64,000 nucleotides of DNA, from NCBI GenBank assembly GCA_005893265.1, contig VBOX01000087.1, forward strand, positions 128 through 64,127, given 5' to 3'. The position numbers and the translations under genes are program-made. The notes under the pieces are model-generated. The model worked only from the letters and a program-made list of their open reading frames with translations. It had not been told where the DNA came from and made no database searches. Below, in pieces: positions 46,746-56,189 of the stretch (the stretch's first letter is position 1; the number at the start of each line of letters is the position of its first letter). This DNA is from Candidatus Eiseniibacteriota bacterium (GTDB lineage Bacteria; Eisenbacteria; RBG-16-71-46; SZUA-252).

Positions 46746-49700
46746 CGCAGCACCCCCACCTTGACCTGCTCGCTCACCCCCGGTCCTTCGATCCGGGCGA
46801 CGTAGACACCGGGGCGCACGACCTCCCCTTTGCCGTTCCGTCCGTCCCAACGCACTTCGTTCAAGCCGCTCGCGCCGCCCACCCCTCCCGAAGGGAGCGA
46901 CAGCTCCCGCACCAGGTCGCCAAGGAGCGTGTAGATGGAAACCTTGACCGAAGCGTCCTGGCCAAGAACGTAGGAGAGAAGGACCGCTTCGCTCCCGGCG
47001 TGGAAGGGATTCGGATAGCCGTGCGGCCGGTCGAAGAACGTGATCTCGCGGGAGGCGAGCGCCGTGAATGGAAGCCCGCCGCCCCCCACGATGGGCACAC
47101 GGGTCCCGGTGAGCCCGTCCAGGGCCACGAGGTCGTTCGCCTGCGCGACCTGGAGCGCGACGCGGACGGCGGGCGAGCCAGGGCGGAACGCGACATCGAC
47201 GAAGAGCGATTCCGGCCCGTTCGTCATGATGAGCGGCTGGGTAAGGCTGAGCGTGAAGGGATTCGGCGCGCCCGGAGGCGGCGCCCCTTGCGCGAGGAGC
47301 GCGCCCACGCGATCGCGGAGCGAGATCGAGGACACCGAGGACGCGGGCGGGAGGCCGGTGGAGCCGTCCGCGACGATGGTGATCGCGACCGACGTCAGCG
47401 AATCCTTCGTCGAAACGCCGGTCTGGACGAGCGGCAAGAGCTCGAGCCCCCACGCGCGGATCGGCGGCCCGCCCCGCGCGAGCTGGACCGGCACGGCGGC
47501 GTCGAGGCCGCGGACCTGGATCGCGGCGAGCTGCCCGAGCACGGTGAGCTCGCTGTCGGGAGAGGTAGCGGCGGCGCTCGCGGCCAGCGCCCATTCGGTC
47601 CCGCCGATCGCGAGGTCCACCCGATAGGGCTGGCTCGCCATCGCCGCGGGGACGAGAACACCCGGGAACACCAGCGCGGCCTGGGTGCTCGGTGCGAGCA
47701 GAAAGGCGGGGCCGGAGGCGAGGCCGGTCATGACCTCGCTGCCGTCGCTCAAGGTGAAGCGCGTCTGGGCGGGATCGATCACGAAGGGGGACCCCCCGCT
47801 GTTCTGAACATCGAGGGTGAGATCCACCGTCTGGCCCGGACGTACTTGGCTCGGCGCGGTCGAGCGCCCGACGAACTGAAGCAGCGCCGGCGGCATCGCG
47901 TGGAGCGTGCCCCCGGGGAGGCTCTGGGCGCGCGCGACGCCGTCTTCGATGCCGAACACGTCGAGCGTCGCCGCGGCGTTCCCAGGCGAGGCGGGCGAGC
48001 CCAGAGGACCGCCGGTGAAGGCAAGGTTGAGCGACTGGCCCGGGTTCACGGTGGGCGAGGCGCTCAGGGTGCGCGTGACCGACACCGGGGCGCCGAGCTT
48101 GAGCACGGTTGCGGGGTCGAGTGCCATGGGCACGTCACCGTCGTTCCGGAGCGTGAGCGACACGGGACGCGATTGCCCCGCGCTCACGGTGTCCGGAGCG
48201 AGCGACCCGGCAACCACCGTGAGGAGCGCGGGGTCGAGAACGTCGATGCTGTCGGGCGCCGAGGGAACGGTGTCGGCAAAGGCCTGTCCGGATTCCGTGC
48301 CGTCGAGGAAGAGACGCGCGCGGTAGCGCCCCTTGGGCACGCCGACCGCAGGCACCGCGAGCGAGTCGAATGCGAGGGTCGCCTGGTCGGAAGCGAGGAC
48401 GGCGGTGTTCGCGGATAGCGCCGTCGTGAGCGTCGTCCCGCCCGCATCGAGCTCGAGGCGCGTGGTGTTTCGATTGAGGGTGACCGCCGCGGCGCCCGTG
48501 TTCGCGACGCGCACGGTGGGAGCGAACGTCCGCCCGCGCAGGAGACGCTGCGGCGTCCCGCTGCCCGCGACCGCGACGACGCGAGCGGCCGAGATCACGC
48601 GGAAGCTGAGCGGGATGGAGTTCGACGCGACCACCGGCGTGCCCGCGAAGGTGACCGTCGCCTGGAGCGTCGAGTTGATCGTCGTCCCGGAAGGGATCCC
48701 ACCCGACGGCACCGCGACCGGAAACGTGAACCGGGTGGTTCCGCCTGCCGGGATGGTCGTCCCGAGCGGAGGCGTCGGCGCTCCGCTGATGAACGCCCCG
48801 GTCGAGTAGCTCAAGCTGCCGCCCGTGATGTCGCCCGGCGTCCCGGATAGATTCGCGACGTCGAAGACCAGTGAGAGGTTCTGGTATCCGAGCGGCGCGG
48901 GATCGGGCGAGGCGCTGACTTTGGCGACGCTCAATCCGAGCACGCTCACCTGCGACCCGGCGAGGCTCAGGTAGAAGTCGAAGGCGTCCCCGGTGGCACC
49001 CGTGCCGACCGCCCGAAAGCTGGGCGCGTACGCGCCGGGGGTCAGCGCGGCGGGGGCGGCCCCGGCGGCGAACGTCAGCGTCGTCGTGGCGCCCGCACCG
49101 ATCGCGGCCGTTGAGCCGAGCGCCGCCGTGAAGGTGGTCGCGCCCGAGCCGAACGAGAAGAGGGATCCGGTACCGAGCTGGATCGCGCCCGCGCCCGTGT
49201 TCCGCGCCTGGAGCGCGAACGTGACGCTTCCCCCGGGGATCACGGCTCCCGGCGCCAGCGAGCCGGCGACGTAGGCCAGCGAAGGAGGCGGCACGTAGGT
49301 GAAGGCGTGGCTTCCCGCGGCGGATCCGGCGCGGGAGGCGGCGGTGAGGGTATCGGGACCGGGCGCGCCCGGAGCGATCAGGATCAAGGATGCCCTGCCG
49401 TCCGCGGCCGTCGCCAGGTCGAGGCCCGGGAAGAGCGCGCTGGCGTCCGAGGCGAGCAGGGTCCCCGCAAGCGCGCTCACGCCCACGAGCGTCCCAGCGC
49501 TGACGAGGTTCCCGAACGCGTCCCGCACCGGCCCGAGCACGACGGTGGACGCGCTCCTGCCGTCGGCCGTCAAGCTGTCGCGGGTCGCCGCGACGGGGAT
49601 CGCGCCGGAGGGCGCGGCGGGGGACACCGTCGCCGTGCCGCCGGTCCCGCTGCCGCCGCCTGTGCGGTCGGCCCCGATCGCGAACGACTGCGCCACAGTG

Positions 49701-52700
49701 TCCCGTCCGGTGGAGACGAACCGGCCCGCGACGAGCGGGCCCGAGGCCGGGCCCCACACGACCGAGCCAGCTCCGCGCATCGTGACCGGCGCTCCGTCCG
49801 TCACGACAACGTTCCCGAACGAATCGACGGCCTCCACGAGCACGCTCTCTGGCACACCGGCCGTCCAGCTCAGCGACTTGGGCGACACGCGCAGCGCGAT
49901 GGTCGCGCCGGGAGCCGTCGCTGCGCGGATCCCGACCGGACCGAGCGAGCCGCCGCTCGCGAAGATCGAATCCGCCGCGGGGGCCGCGTTCGGCGCCCGA
50001 TAGCGGACCGCGAGCTGGCCCGAGCCGTTCGTGACGCCACCTTGTGACCCCGGACCCCCGGAGGTTGACCCGAGGGATTCGAGAGAACCCATAGCGCTCG
50101 GCCCCCCAAGGAACACGGTGAGCGCGAGACCGGAGATCGGATTGCCCTGGCCGTCGCGCGCGGTGACGGTCACGGTTCCGGTTTGTGCCGGGGTGAGCGA
50201 GAGCGAGCCGGGGGACATCGTGAGGGCCGCCGGCGGGTTCACCGCGACCGGCCCGTAGGTCACCGAGCGCGGGCCGTCGCTCACGACAATCGTGAGGGGG
50301 CTCGCAAGCGTCGGGGTCACGGGAATCGAGGCTGAGCCCGCGGCGAGGATGACCGAGTCGGGGACGGTGGCGCCCCCCGAGGTCACTGTGGGCCGGAGCA
50401 CGTTCCCGTTCTGGCCGGGCAGGGAGTTCCCGAACGAATCGTGCGCGTTAATCGTCAAAATGACGCCGGAGCCCGCCGTCAAAGGTGGCGCAGGGCCCGC
50501 GACCGTGTAGTGGTCGAGCGGTCCTGGCTGGAAGACGATCCCGGGCTCCGCGGCAAGGGGGATCCCCCGTGCCGTGACATGGACGGAACCGGTGTCCGGG
50601 ATCGTGGCCGTGGCGCGGAAATCGATCCTGCCCCCGGAATCGGTCGCGGAGGCCAGCGGCGTGGTGCTTGCCGATGCGCCAACCACCGTGACCACGACCG
50701 AAGCCGCCTGGACGCCGCCGAGAGGATGGTCCTGGCCATCCCGGAGGGTAATCGCCACCACGCTCCCGGAAGCGCCGACCGGAACGGGCGAATCCGCCGT
50801 GACGGTCGAACGCGACGCGCTCACGGCCCCGGGTACGAGGCGGATGCCCAGGGTCCCGGTCGAGGAGCCGTTGCGCAGCGCGGTCGCGATGACCTGCGCT
50901 GTCCCCAACGAATCACCTCCGAAGAGCGAGAGGGTGATCCCGCCGGCGGAAGCAAGGACCTGGACGCCGGGCGCCGGATCGGCGTCGGCGTTCTGAATCG
51001 CGCCGAGCGTGGTCGAGACCGTGTATTTCTCGCCGTTCTCCACCTGGTTGCCGTTCGCGTCGTGGAGGCCCGCCGCACCGAGGGTCAGCGTCGCCAGGCT
51101 GTCCGCCGCGAGGGAGTCCGGGGAAGCGGAGAGGGTGATCGCGCCGGAGGGTGCGCCGGCGCGAAGACGAATCGGAGCGGCGCCGGTAGCGCTTCCCCGC
51201 TCGGATTGAACCGTAGCCCCGCCCAGGCCGGCCGTGACTCCGACCCTGAGGTAGCCGCGTACGGCACCCGTGGAGTCGGCGAGCAGCTGCGCGCCTCCGG
51301 TCCCGGGATCCTGGTCGGTGACCTCGGTGAGCAGGGCGCCGCCGTCGAACGCGAAGCGCTCTCCCAGCGCGACGGCATTCCCGAACGAATCGAGGGCCGC
51401 GCCCGAGACGAGAACCGAATCGACCCCATTGGCGACGAGCGTGTCGGGCGTCGCGGTCAGCGCGACCACGGCCGGTACGTTCGGCCCGGTGAAGACAGGC
51501 GCGCCGGCCGTTCCGAGGAACGGGGAGTTACCGTTCGCGTCGATGGCGCGGACGCGCCCCTCGGCCGTCGTCCTCTGTGTGTCTCGGAAGCGAAAACGCG
51601 CGGAGTCAGAGAACGCCGGAATCGTGATCTCGAAGATCGTGCTCGTGCCCGCGACGCTCTGGAAGGTGGCCGCTGGGCGATCGGTCCAGAGCGTGAGCGT
51701 CTCGGGAGCCGGGACCGGGGAACGATTCCCGAACGCGTCTACAACGCGCACGCTGACCGTGTCGGGGACGCCGGCCGTGAGCTTCAAGGTATCGGGCTCG
51801 AGCGCGATCCGGTCGGGGCCTCCTGGGGAAACGGCGACGCGATGCCTGCTCGACACGTATCCCGCCGTCGAGTCGATCACGGAAAAGTAGAACGCCCCTG
51901 CCTTCCGAGCGAACGCGATGTAGGTAAGGGATGCGGCCGATCCCGGGCCGTCGGTGATCGTGTTCCCGTCCGCGTCCCGCGAGCCCGCGGTTACCGGGAA
52001 CGCGGTCCCCGCGGCGGCGGACCCGGGCGCGGTCATCGCAAGCCCTGCGTAGGCCCCATGGACCACCGAGATCGCTCCCGTCGAATCGGACCACACCCCG
52101 CTGTCCGCGATGGCGTACGCCGTTCCAGGCGTGTCGAGCCTGAGCACCGTGCGGGTGCCGTTGCTCGGCACGGGCGCTCCGACTCCGCCGGTCAGGGTCC
52201 AGTTCGCCCGGATCAGGCGCGTCAGGTTCCCGTACTTGTCGTAACCGCGCAGGAAGAGCTGCGTCGAGTCCTGATCGGTCGTGCGCGTCAGGGGGCCGAC
52301 CACCGCGTTGGCTCCGTCGACGACCTTCGCGGAGGCGACCCGGCCGGGAACCACCGAAACCCACGGGGAGAACTGAATGGCAGCCGGCGATCCGGTCAGC
52401 GTGGGATCGCTCCGGACGCGAAAGTAGACGGTGTCCTGCGCCGTCGTCTGGGGGTGCGCCGATGCGTGCCCGCCTCCCGCCCCGTAGATAACACTGACCG
52501 ACCCGCCCGTCTGAAACGGATCTTTGGGCGGCGCGCCCAGGAGGAGACGAATCGTGTCCCCGACGGTGACCACGGAGTTCACGTAGTTGTCGTCGGTCCA
52601 GCTGACATAACCCGGCGAGATCGGGCTCGAGGTCTGCGGCGGGGTCCACCCGGAAGGAATGACGACGTCGACCGACCCGCCCGTGACGGAGAAATCCTCG

Positions 52701-52921
52701 GTCGGCGCGTATTGAATCGTCCAGATACTGCTGTCCGTCACCGCTACGGGGCTCGGGCCCAGGATGATCGCCGTGCCGGTGCCGGGGCCCGCGAGCGCGG
52801 GCCGCGCCAGAGTGAATCCAAGCAACGCCATCGCGACGACCGCCCCGCGGAAAGCGGACGCACGGGTGCGTCGGCGCTTTGTATTCGCGCGGCTCTCGCG
52901 TGGCTGGGCTGTTTCCTGCAT
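46742..52921 (-). CDS. giant (2059 aa) secreted surface protein with repeated Ig-like/invasin-like modules and C-terminal FlgD-Ig/T9SS-type sorting domain
   Basis: Signal peptide (..AVVAMALLGFTLARPALA). Thr/Ser/Gly/Ala-rich beta-repeat composition throughout. C-term FFDRPHGYPNPFHAGSEAVLLSYVLGQDASVKVSIYTLLGDLVREL...GVYVARIEG. Confidence 0.75.
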   Translation of the reverse strand: MQETAQPRESRANTKRRRTRASAFRGAVVAMALLGFTLARPALAGPGTGTAIILGPSPVAVTDSSIWTIQYAPTEDFSVTGGSVDVVIPSGWTPPQTSSPISPGYVSWTDDNYVNSVVTVGDTIRLLLGAPPKDPFQTGGSVSVIYGAGGGHASAHPQTTAQDTVYFRVRSDPTLTGSPAAIQFSPWVSVVPGRVASAKVVDGANAVVGPLTRTTDQDSTQLFLRGYDKYGNLTRLIRANWTLTGGVGAPVPSNGTRTVLRLDTPGTAYAIADSGVWSDSTGAISVVHGAYAGLAMTAPGSAAAGTAFPVTAGSRDADGNTITDGPGSAASLTYIAFARKAGAFYFSVIDSTAGYVSSRHRVAVSPGGPDRIALEPDTLKLTAGVPDTVSVRVVDAFGNRSPVPAPETLTLWTDRPAATFQSVAGTSTIFEITIPAFSDSARFRFRDTQRTTAEGRVRAIDANGNSPFLGTAGAPVFTGPNVPAVVALTATPDTLVANGVDSVLVSGAALDSFGNAVALGERFAFDGGALLTEVTDQDPGTGGAQLLADSTGAVRGYLRVGVTAGLGGATVQSERGSATGAAPIRLRAGAPSGAITLSASPDSLAADSLATLTLGAAGLHDANGNQVENGEKYTVSTTLGAIQNADADPAPGVQVLASAGGITLSLFGGDSLGTAQVIATALRNGSSTGTLGIRLVPGAVSASRSTVTADSPVPVGASGSVVAITLRDGQDHPLGGVQAASVVVTVVGASASTTPLASATDSGGRIDFRATATIPDTGSVHVTARGIPLAAEPGIVFQPGPLDHYTVAGPAPPLTAGSGVILTINAHDSFGNSLPGQNGNVLRPTVTSGGATVPDSVILAAGSASIPVTPTLASPLTIVVSDGPRSVTYGPVAVNPPAALTMSPGSLSLTPAQTGTVTVTARDGQGNPISGLALTVFLGGPSAMGSLESLGSTSGGPGSQGGVTNGSGQLAVRYRAPNAAPAADSIFASGGSLGPVGIRAATAPGATIALRVSPKSLSWTAGVPESVLVEAVDSFGNVVVTDGAPVTMRGAGSVVWGPASGPLVAGRFVSTGRDTVAQSFAIGADRTGGGSGTGGTATVSPAAPSGAIPVAATRDSLTADGRSASTVVLGPVRDAFGNLVSAGTLVGVSALAGTLLASDASALFPGLDLATAADGRASLILIAPGAPGPDTLTAASRAGSAAGSHAFTYVPPPSLAYVAGSLAPGAVIPGGSVTFALQARNTGAGAIQLGTGSLFSFGSGATTFTAALGSTAAIGAGATTTLTFAAGAAPAALTPGAYAPSFRAVGTGATGDAFDFYLSLAGSQVSVLGLSVAKVSASPDPAPLGYQNLSLVFDVANLSGTPGDITGGSLSYSTGAFISGAPTPPLGTTIPAGGTTRFTFPVAVPSGGIPSGTTINSTLQATVTFAGTPVVASNSIPLSFRVISAARVVAVAGSGTPQRLLRGRTFAPTVRVANTGAAAVTLNRNTTRLELDAGGTTLTTALSANTAVLASDQATLAFDSLAVPAVGVPKGRYRARLFLDGTESGQAFADTVPSAPDSIDVLDPALLTVVAGSLAPDTVSAGQSRPVSLTLRNDGDVPMALDPATVLKLGAPVSVTRTLSASPTVNPGQSLNLAFTGGPLGSPASPGNAAATLDVFGIEDGVARAQSLPGGTLHAMPPALLQFVGRSTAPSQVRPGQTVDLTLDVQNSGGSPFVIDPAQTRFTLSDGSEVMTGLASGPAFLLAPSTQAALVFPGVLVPAAMASQPYRVDLAIGGTEWALAASAAATSPDSELTVLGQLAAIQVRGLDAAVPVQLARGGPPIRAWGLELLPLVQTGVSTKDSLTSVAITIVADGSTGLPPASSVSSISLRDRVGALLAQGAPPPGAPNPFTLSLTQPLIMTNGPESLFVDVAFRPGSPAVRVALQVAQANDLVALDGLTGTRVPIVGGGGLPFTALASREITFFDRPHGYPNPFHAGSEAVLLSYVLGQDASVKVSIYTLLGDLVRELSLPSGGVGGASGLNEVRWDGRNGKGEVVRPGVYVARIEGPGVSEQVKVGVLR

Positions 52922-53207
52922 GGGCCTCGGGTCGATGGGATGTCTCGGCGCTGCGCTCTACCCTTGAATCGCAGAGACTTAGCGCCGGCTTGGACCGCAA
53001 GAGGCATGCCACGGATGGGCCCCGCGCTCGCGCCACGTCGGCTCACTAACTCGGCAAGCCGGACCCGTTTGCAAACGCGTCGGTGGCCGCACCTTGCGGC
53101 GCCCACGCGGAAGACGGGAGCGTCATGCAGATTGCAAACCAGAATCGAATTTGCCCTGCGGGAGTGGCGGGATTCGAGCCGGCCGGTCGAGACTCAGCCG
53201 GGGGGTG

Positions 53208-54164
53208 TTACCGGGGACCCCGGATCTCGCCGACGACCTTGGCGGGGAGCCCGTCTGGTGGGCGGAGCACCTCGGCAGCGGGGAAGACTTCCTCGACCTC
53301 GGGCGCGAGGTTCCGGTTCGCGAGGCCGATGAACACGACCTGGATGATCGTAGCCAGCCCCATGACCCCGAGGCCCACGTCGAATACTTCCTTCAAGCTG
53401 CGGCGTGTCGCCTCATTCCACCACGAGAGGCCGAGCAGCAGGAGGCCGAGTAAAACCGAGGTCAAGACCCCGGTTAGTTTTCCGAACAGGGTCGGCTTGA
53501 TCCGAACGGGACCGTAGAAGAAATACAAATACACCGTCCCTCCGACGAGAAGCGCGTAGCGCGTGAGCATGAGGGCGGTGACCCACCAGGGAACGACCTC
53601 CACCGCGAGGAGCGCGATGAAGATCGCGGAGTTGAACGTCACGTCGGTCAGCGGATCCAGGAGGGCCCCGACCCGCGTCTCCACGTGAAGCGCACGCGCA
53701 AGGACGCCGTCCAGGACGTCCGTGAGCGCGCTCGCCGCGAAGAGCCAGACGACCGCCTCCCAGCGTCGGTTCAGGATGAGCAGCACGATCGCGGGGATCG
53801 ATACGAACCGGAGCATCGTGATCGCGATGGGAAGCGGCATCCGGATCACCCGCTGCCCGTCGCGCGAGCTCAGCAGGAGCCCCACGTGCGTGAGAACCCA
53901 GAAGGAAATGAACAGGAGCATCACGCTGGAGGCGATCAGGTAATCCCCCCCCACGTCGCGCCCGACATGGACCGAGAGCAGGACGGCGGTCACAAACTGG
54001 AGGGCGAAGAGTCCGAGCGCCGTCGCGGCGATCGGCCGCACCAGCTCAGGGTGCTGGGGAAGACCGCGCGACACTCGGGCGAGGCTCACCCGGCAAAAAC
54101 GCCAGATCGCGCCCAAGGTGTAGCCTTCCCTGCGGATTTCGCGGAGCAGATCGGAGGGCGGCAT
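53208..54164 (-). CDS. CDP-alcohol phosphatidyltransferase family protein (PgsA/PssA-like)
   Basis: ALTDVLDGVLAR........GALLDPLTD (D-G-x2-A-R...G-x3-D-x3-D) plus multiple TM helices. Confidence 0.75.
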   Translation of the reverse strand: MPPSDLLREIRREGYTLGAIWRFCRVSLARVSRGLPQHPELVRPIAATALGLFALQFVTAVLLSVHVGRDVGGDYLIASSVMLLFISFWVLTHVGLLLSSRDGQRVIRMPLPIAITMLRFVSIPAIVLLILNRRWEAVVWLFAASALTDVLDGVLARALHVETRVGALLDPLTDVTFNSAIFIALLAVEVVPWWVTALMLTRYALLVGGTVYLYFFYGPVRIKPTLFGKLTGVLTSVLLGLLLLGLSWWNEATRRSLKEVFDVGLGVMGLATIIQVVFIGLANRNLAPEVEEVFPAAEVLRPPDGLPAKVVGEIRGPR

Positions 54165-54198
54165 GGCTGCTACGGTAGGGTTTTCGAGCGTGCCTTGT

Positions 54199-55392
54199 CT
54201 AGGGATTCTGGACTTGTAGCGTAGCCCGCGCCACGAGCCGCTCGTCGCCGTAGGTGTCCTCGGGCAGGCCGTAGGCGTGGATGGTCTCGGGGCGGGCGCG
54301 ACGATAGAGGAGCTGCGCCTCGAGGCGGAGCGGACCCTTCGCCTCAGGCATCGGGATCTCGAACCGCGATTGCGCCGTGGCGCCGGCCTGGATACGCCGA
54401 TCCGAAAGCACCTTGCTTGCGTTCCAGGTCTCGGCGGGGTAGACGCCCAGGTCGTTCGCGAGAAGGAGCCCGAAGACCGAGCTGTCCCAATCCTGGAACG
54501 GGTCGTTCTCCCATAGGATGTGATCGCCCGTGTCGGTAAGGCGCAACCGAAGCAGAAGCAGGTGCTGGTCGTTCCCGGTCGGAATGGCGTGCCCCGCGCC
54601 GACGTTGGTCACGACCGCGAAGCACCGGAGCGTGTCCCCGCTCCGCTTCCCCAAACGTAGCGCGAGGGTCGCCGCGTCCCGGAGGGCTCGGTTCTGCACC
54701 GGGCCCGGGAAGGAGTGATCTGCGACCCGCGGCCGGACAGGGCCCATCGATGAGACCCGTCCCGGACCGCCCGGCATGTGGCACTGCTGGCACGTGACGC
54801 CCTGCTTCGCGTACTTCGAGCGCTTCCACTCTCCGAACGTGTCGCTGATGAGGACTCCGTTTTGATTCTGGTATTGGTGGCACCCGCCGCAGTAGTCCGA
54901 TTTGGTGATGAAATCGCTGTAGCCAGACACGTGATCATTCACCTTCACCGCCTGGCGGATCGGCCCGTGATAGGGACCTAGCAGGAGCGTGAAGGGCGGA
55001 ACCGCCGCGGGCGGCCCCGTCCCGGTGATAGCGTGACAGTAGACGCAGGTCACGCCCTCGGTACTCACGTCACGGAGTTTTTCGAAGTCGTTCGACACGA
55101 ACGAAGCCGTTTCGTGACATGGGCCGCACTTCACCATGGTCGCGCCGCGGGTCTCCTTGAGCGAGGTGAAGTACATCCGCCCGAAGAGAGGATTGGATTT
55201 TCTGTCGGCCGAGGCGTGCGCGGAGGTCGTCCACTGCTCGGTGATGTCGACGTGGCATCCGCGGCAGGTCAGCCCCGACTGAAAGTTTATGTCCGTGTGG
55301 AGGAGCGGCGGAGGCGTGTAGGCCGAGGCCGCGAGGGCAAAGGCAACGAGAGCAAGCCGATGGAGGATCGTGGTCGCGCGAGAGCAGGCCAA
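54199..55392 (-). CDS. multihaem c-type cytochrome (five CxxCH motifs) with signal peptide
   Basis: CRGCH, CGPCH, CVYCH, CGGCH, CQQCH. A likely TTG start precedes the signal TTILHRLALVAFALAASA. The long upstream extension to 55818 is Arg/Gly-rich and probably non-coding. Confidence 0.7.
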   Translation of the reverse strand: MACSRATTILHRLALVAFALAASAYTPPPLLHTDINFQSGLTCRGCHVDITEQWTTSAHASADRKSNPLFGRMYFTSLKETRGATMVKCGPCHETASFVSNDFEKLRDVSTEGVTCVYCHAITGTGPPAAVPPFTLLLGPYHGPIRQAVKVNDHVSGYSDFITKSDYCGGCHQYQNQNGVLISDTFGEWKRSKYAKQGVTCQQCHMPGGPGRVSSMGPVRPRVADHSFPGPVQNRALRDAATLALRLGKRSGDTLRCFAVVTNVGAGHAIPTGNDQHLLLLRLRLTDTGDHILWENDPFQDWDSSVFGLLLANDLGVYPAETWNASKVLSDRRIQAGATAQSRFEIPMPEAKGPLRLEAQLLYRRARPETIHAYGLPEDTYGDERLVARATLQVQNP

Positions 55393-55427
55393 GGTGCAGC
55401 CATGGTACCCCCGCGTCCGAAGGGGGG

Positions 55428-56189
55428 TCAAGATGGTGTGCCCCGGCGAGAAGTGCCGCCAGGCTGACCCGAGGCGCCCGAGACAGGGGGCCCATGGGAC
55501 ACGTAGTCCGCGACGATGGTTCCCAGGATCTTCAGGCCCGCCCGGAGCGACCCACCCACCGTGCCGGAGATTTTCGACCGGCCCAAGCGCCTGCGGTACC
55601 GGACCGGGACCTCGACATGCCGTAGCCCCATGCGTGCCGCCTTGACCTGCATCTCGATCGTCCAGCCAAAATCGCGATCCGCCATTCCGAGCTTTCTCAG
55701 CGATTCGTACCGGATGGCCCGGAACGGTCCCAGGTCGGTATAGCGAGCCCCGTAGAGCACCTTGAGGAGACGAGTCGCGATCCAATTCCCGAACCGGGCG
55801 TGCGGCGTGAGGGCCCACCGCTCCCGCGCCCCCGAGGTCCTGGATCCGACCACAAGATCCGCGCGCCCTTCCAGAATCGGGCCGAGCAAGGCCCCGGCCT
55901 CGGTGGGGTCGTCGCTCAGATCAGCGTCGAGGAACAGGACCACGTCGGGAGGATCGTGAGCGAGCGCCTCGATCCCCTTGAGGCAGGCGGCACCGTAGCC
56001 ACGACGCGGCTCGAGGACCGTCGTGGCTCCGTGGTCGCGGGCGATACGGGAGGTCGAATCGGTCGAGCCGTTGTCGGCCACGATGACGCGGCGCACCGGC
56101 GGCGAGGGGAGCAGGTCGAGCACTCTTCCCAGGGATTCGGCCTCATTCAGCGCGGGGATGATCGCGTCGACCCGGAGCGGGGTGATCAT
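55428..56189 (-). CDS. family 2 glycosyltransferase (DPM1-like)
   Basis: IPALNEAESL, VIVADNGSTD, DAD; ATG overlaps the ppdK stop (ATGA). Only the 3' 253 codons of the 691-codon ORF look coding. Confidence 0.75.
   Translation of the reverse strand: MITPLRVDAIIPALNEAESLGRVLDLLPSPPVRRVIVADNGSTDSTSRIARDHGATTVLEPRRGYGAACLKGIEALAHDPPDVVLFLDADLSDDPTEAGALLGPILEGRADLVVGSRTSGARERWALTPHARFGNWIATRLLKVLYGARYTDLGPFRAIRYESLRKLGMADRDFGWTIEMQVKAARMGLRHVEVPVRYRRRLGRSKISGTVGGSLRAGLKILGTIVADYVSHGPPVSGASGQPGGTSRRGTPS

Noticed and set aside
50441-53332. 963-aa plus-strand ORF
   Set aside because: Antisense shadow of the giant surface-protein gene; extreme Arg/Gly/Asp composition
55393-55818. N-terminal 140-codon extension of the multihaem cytochrome ORF
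   Set aside because: Gly/Arg/Pro-rich with no signal peptide; an internal TTG followed by a canonical signal peptide is the more plausible start
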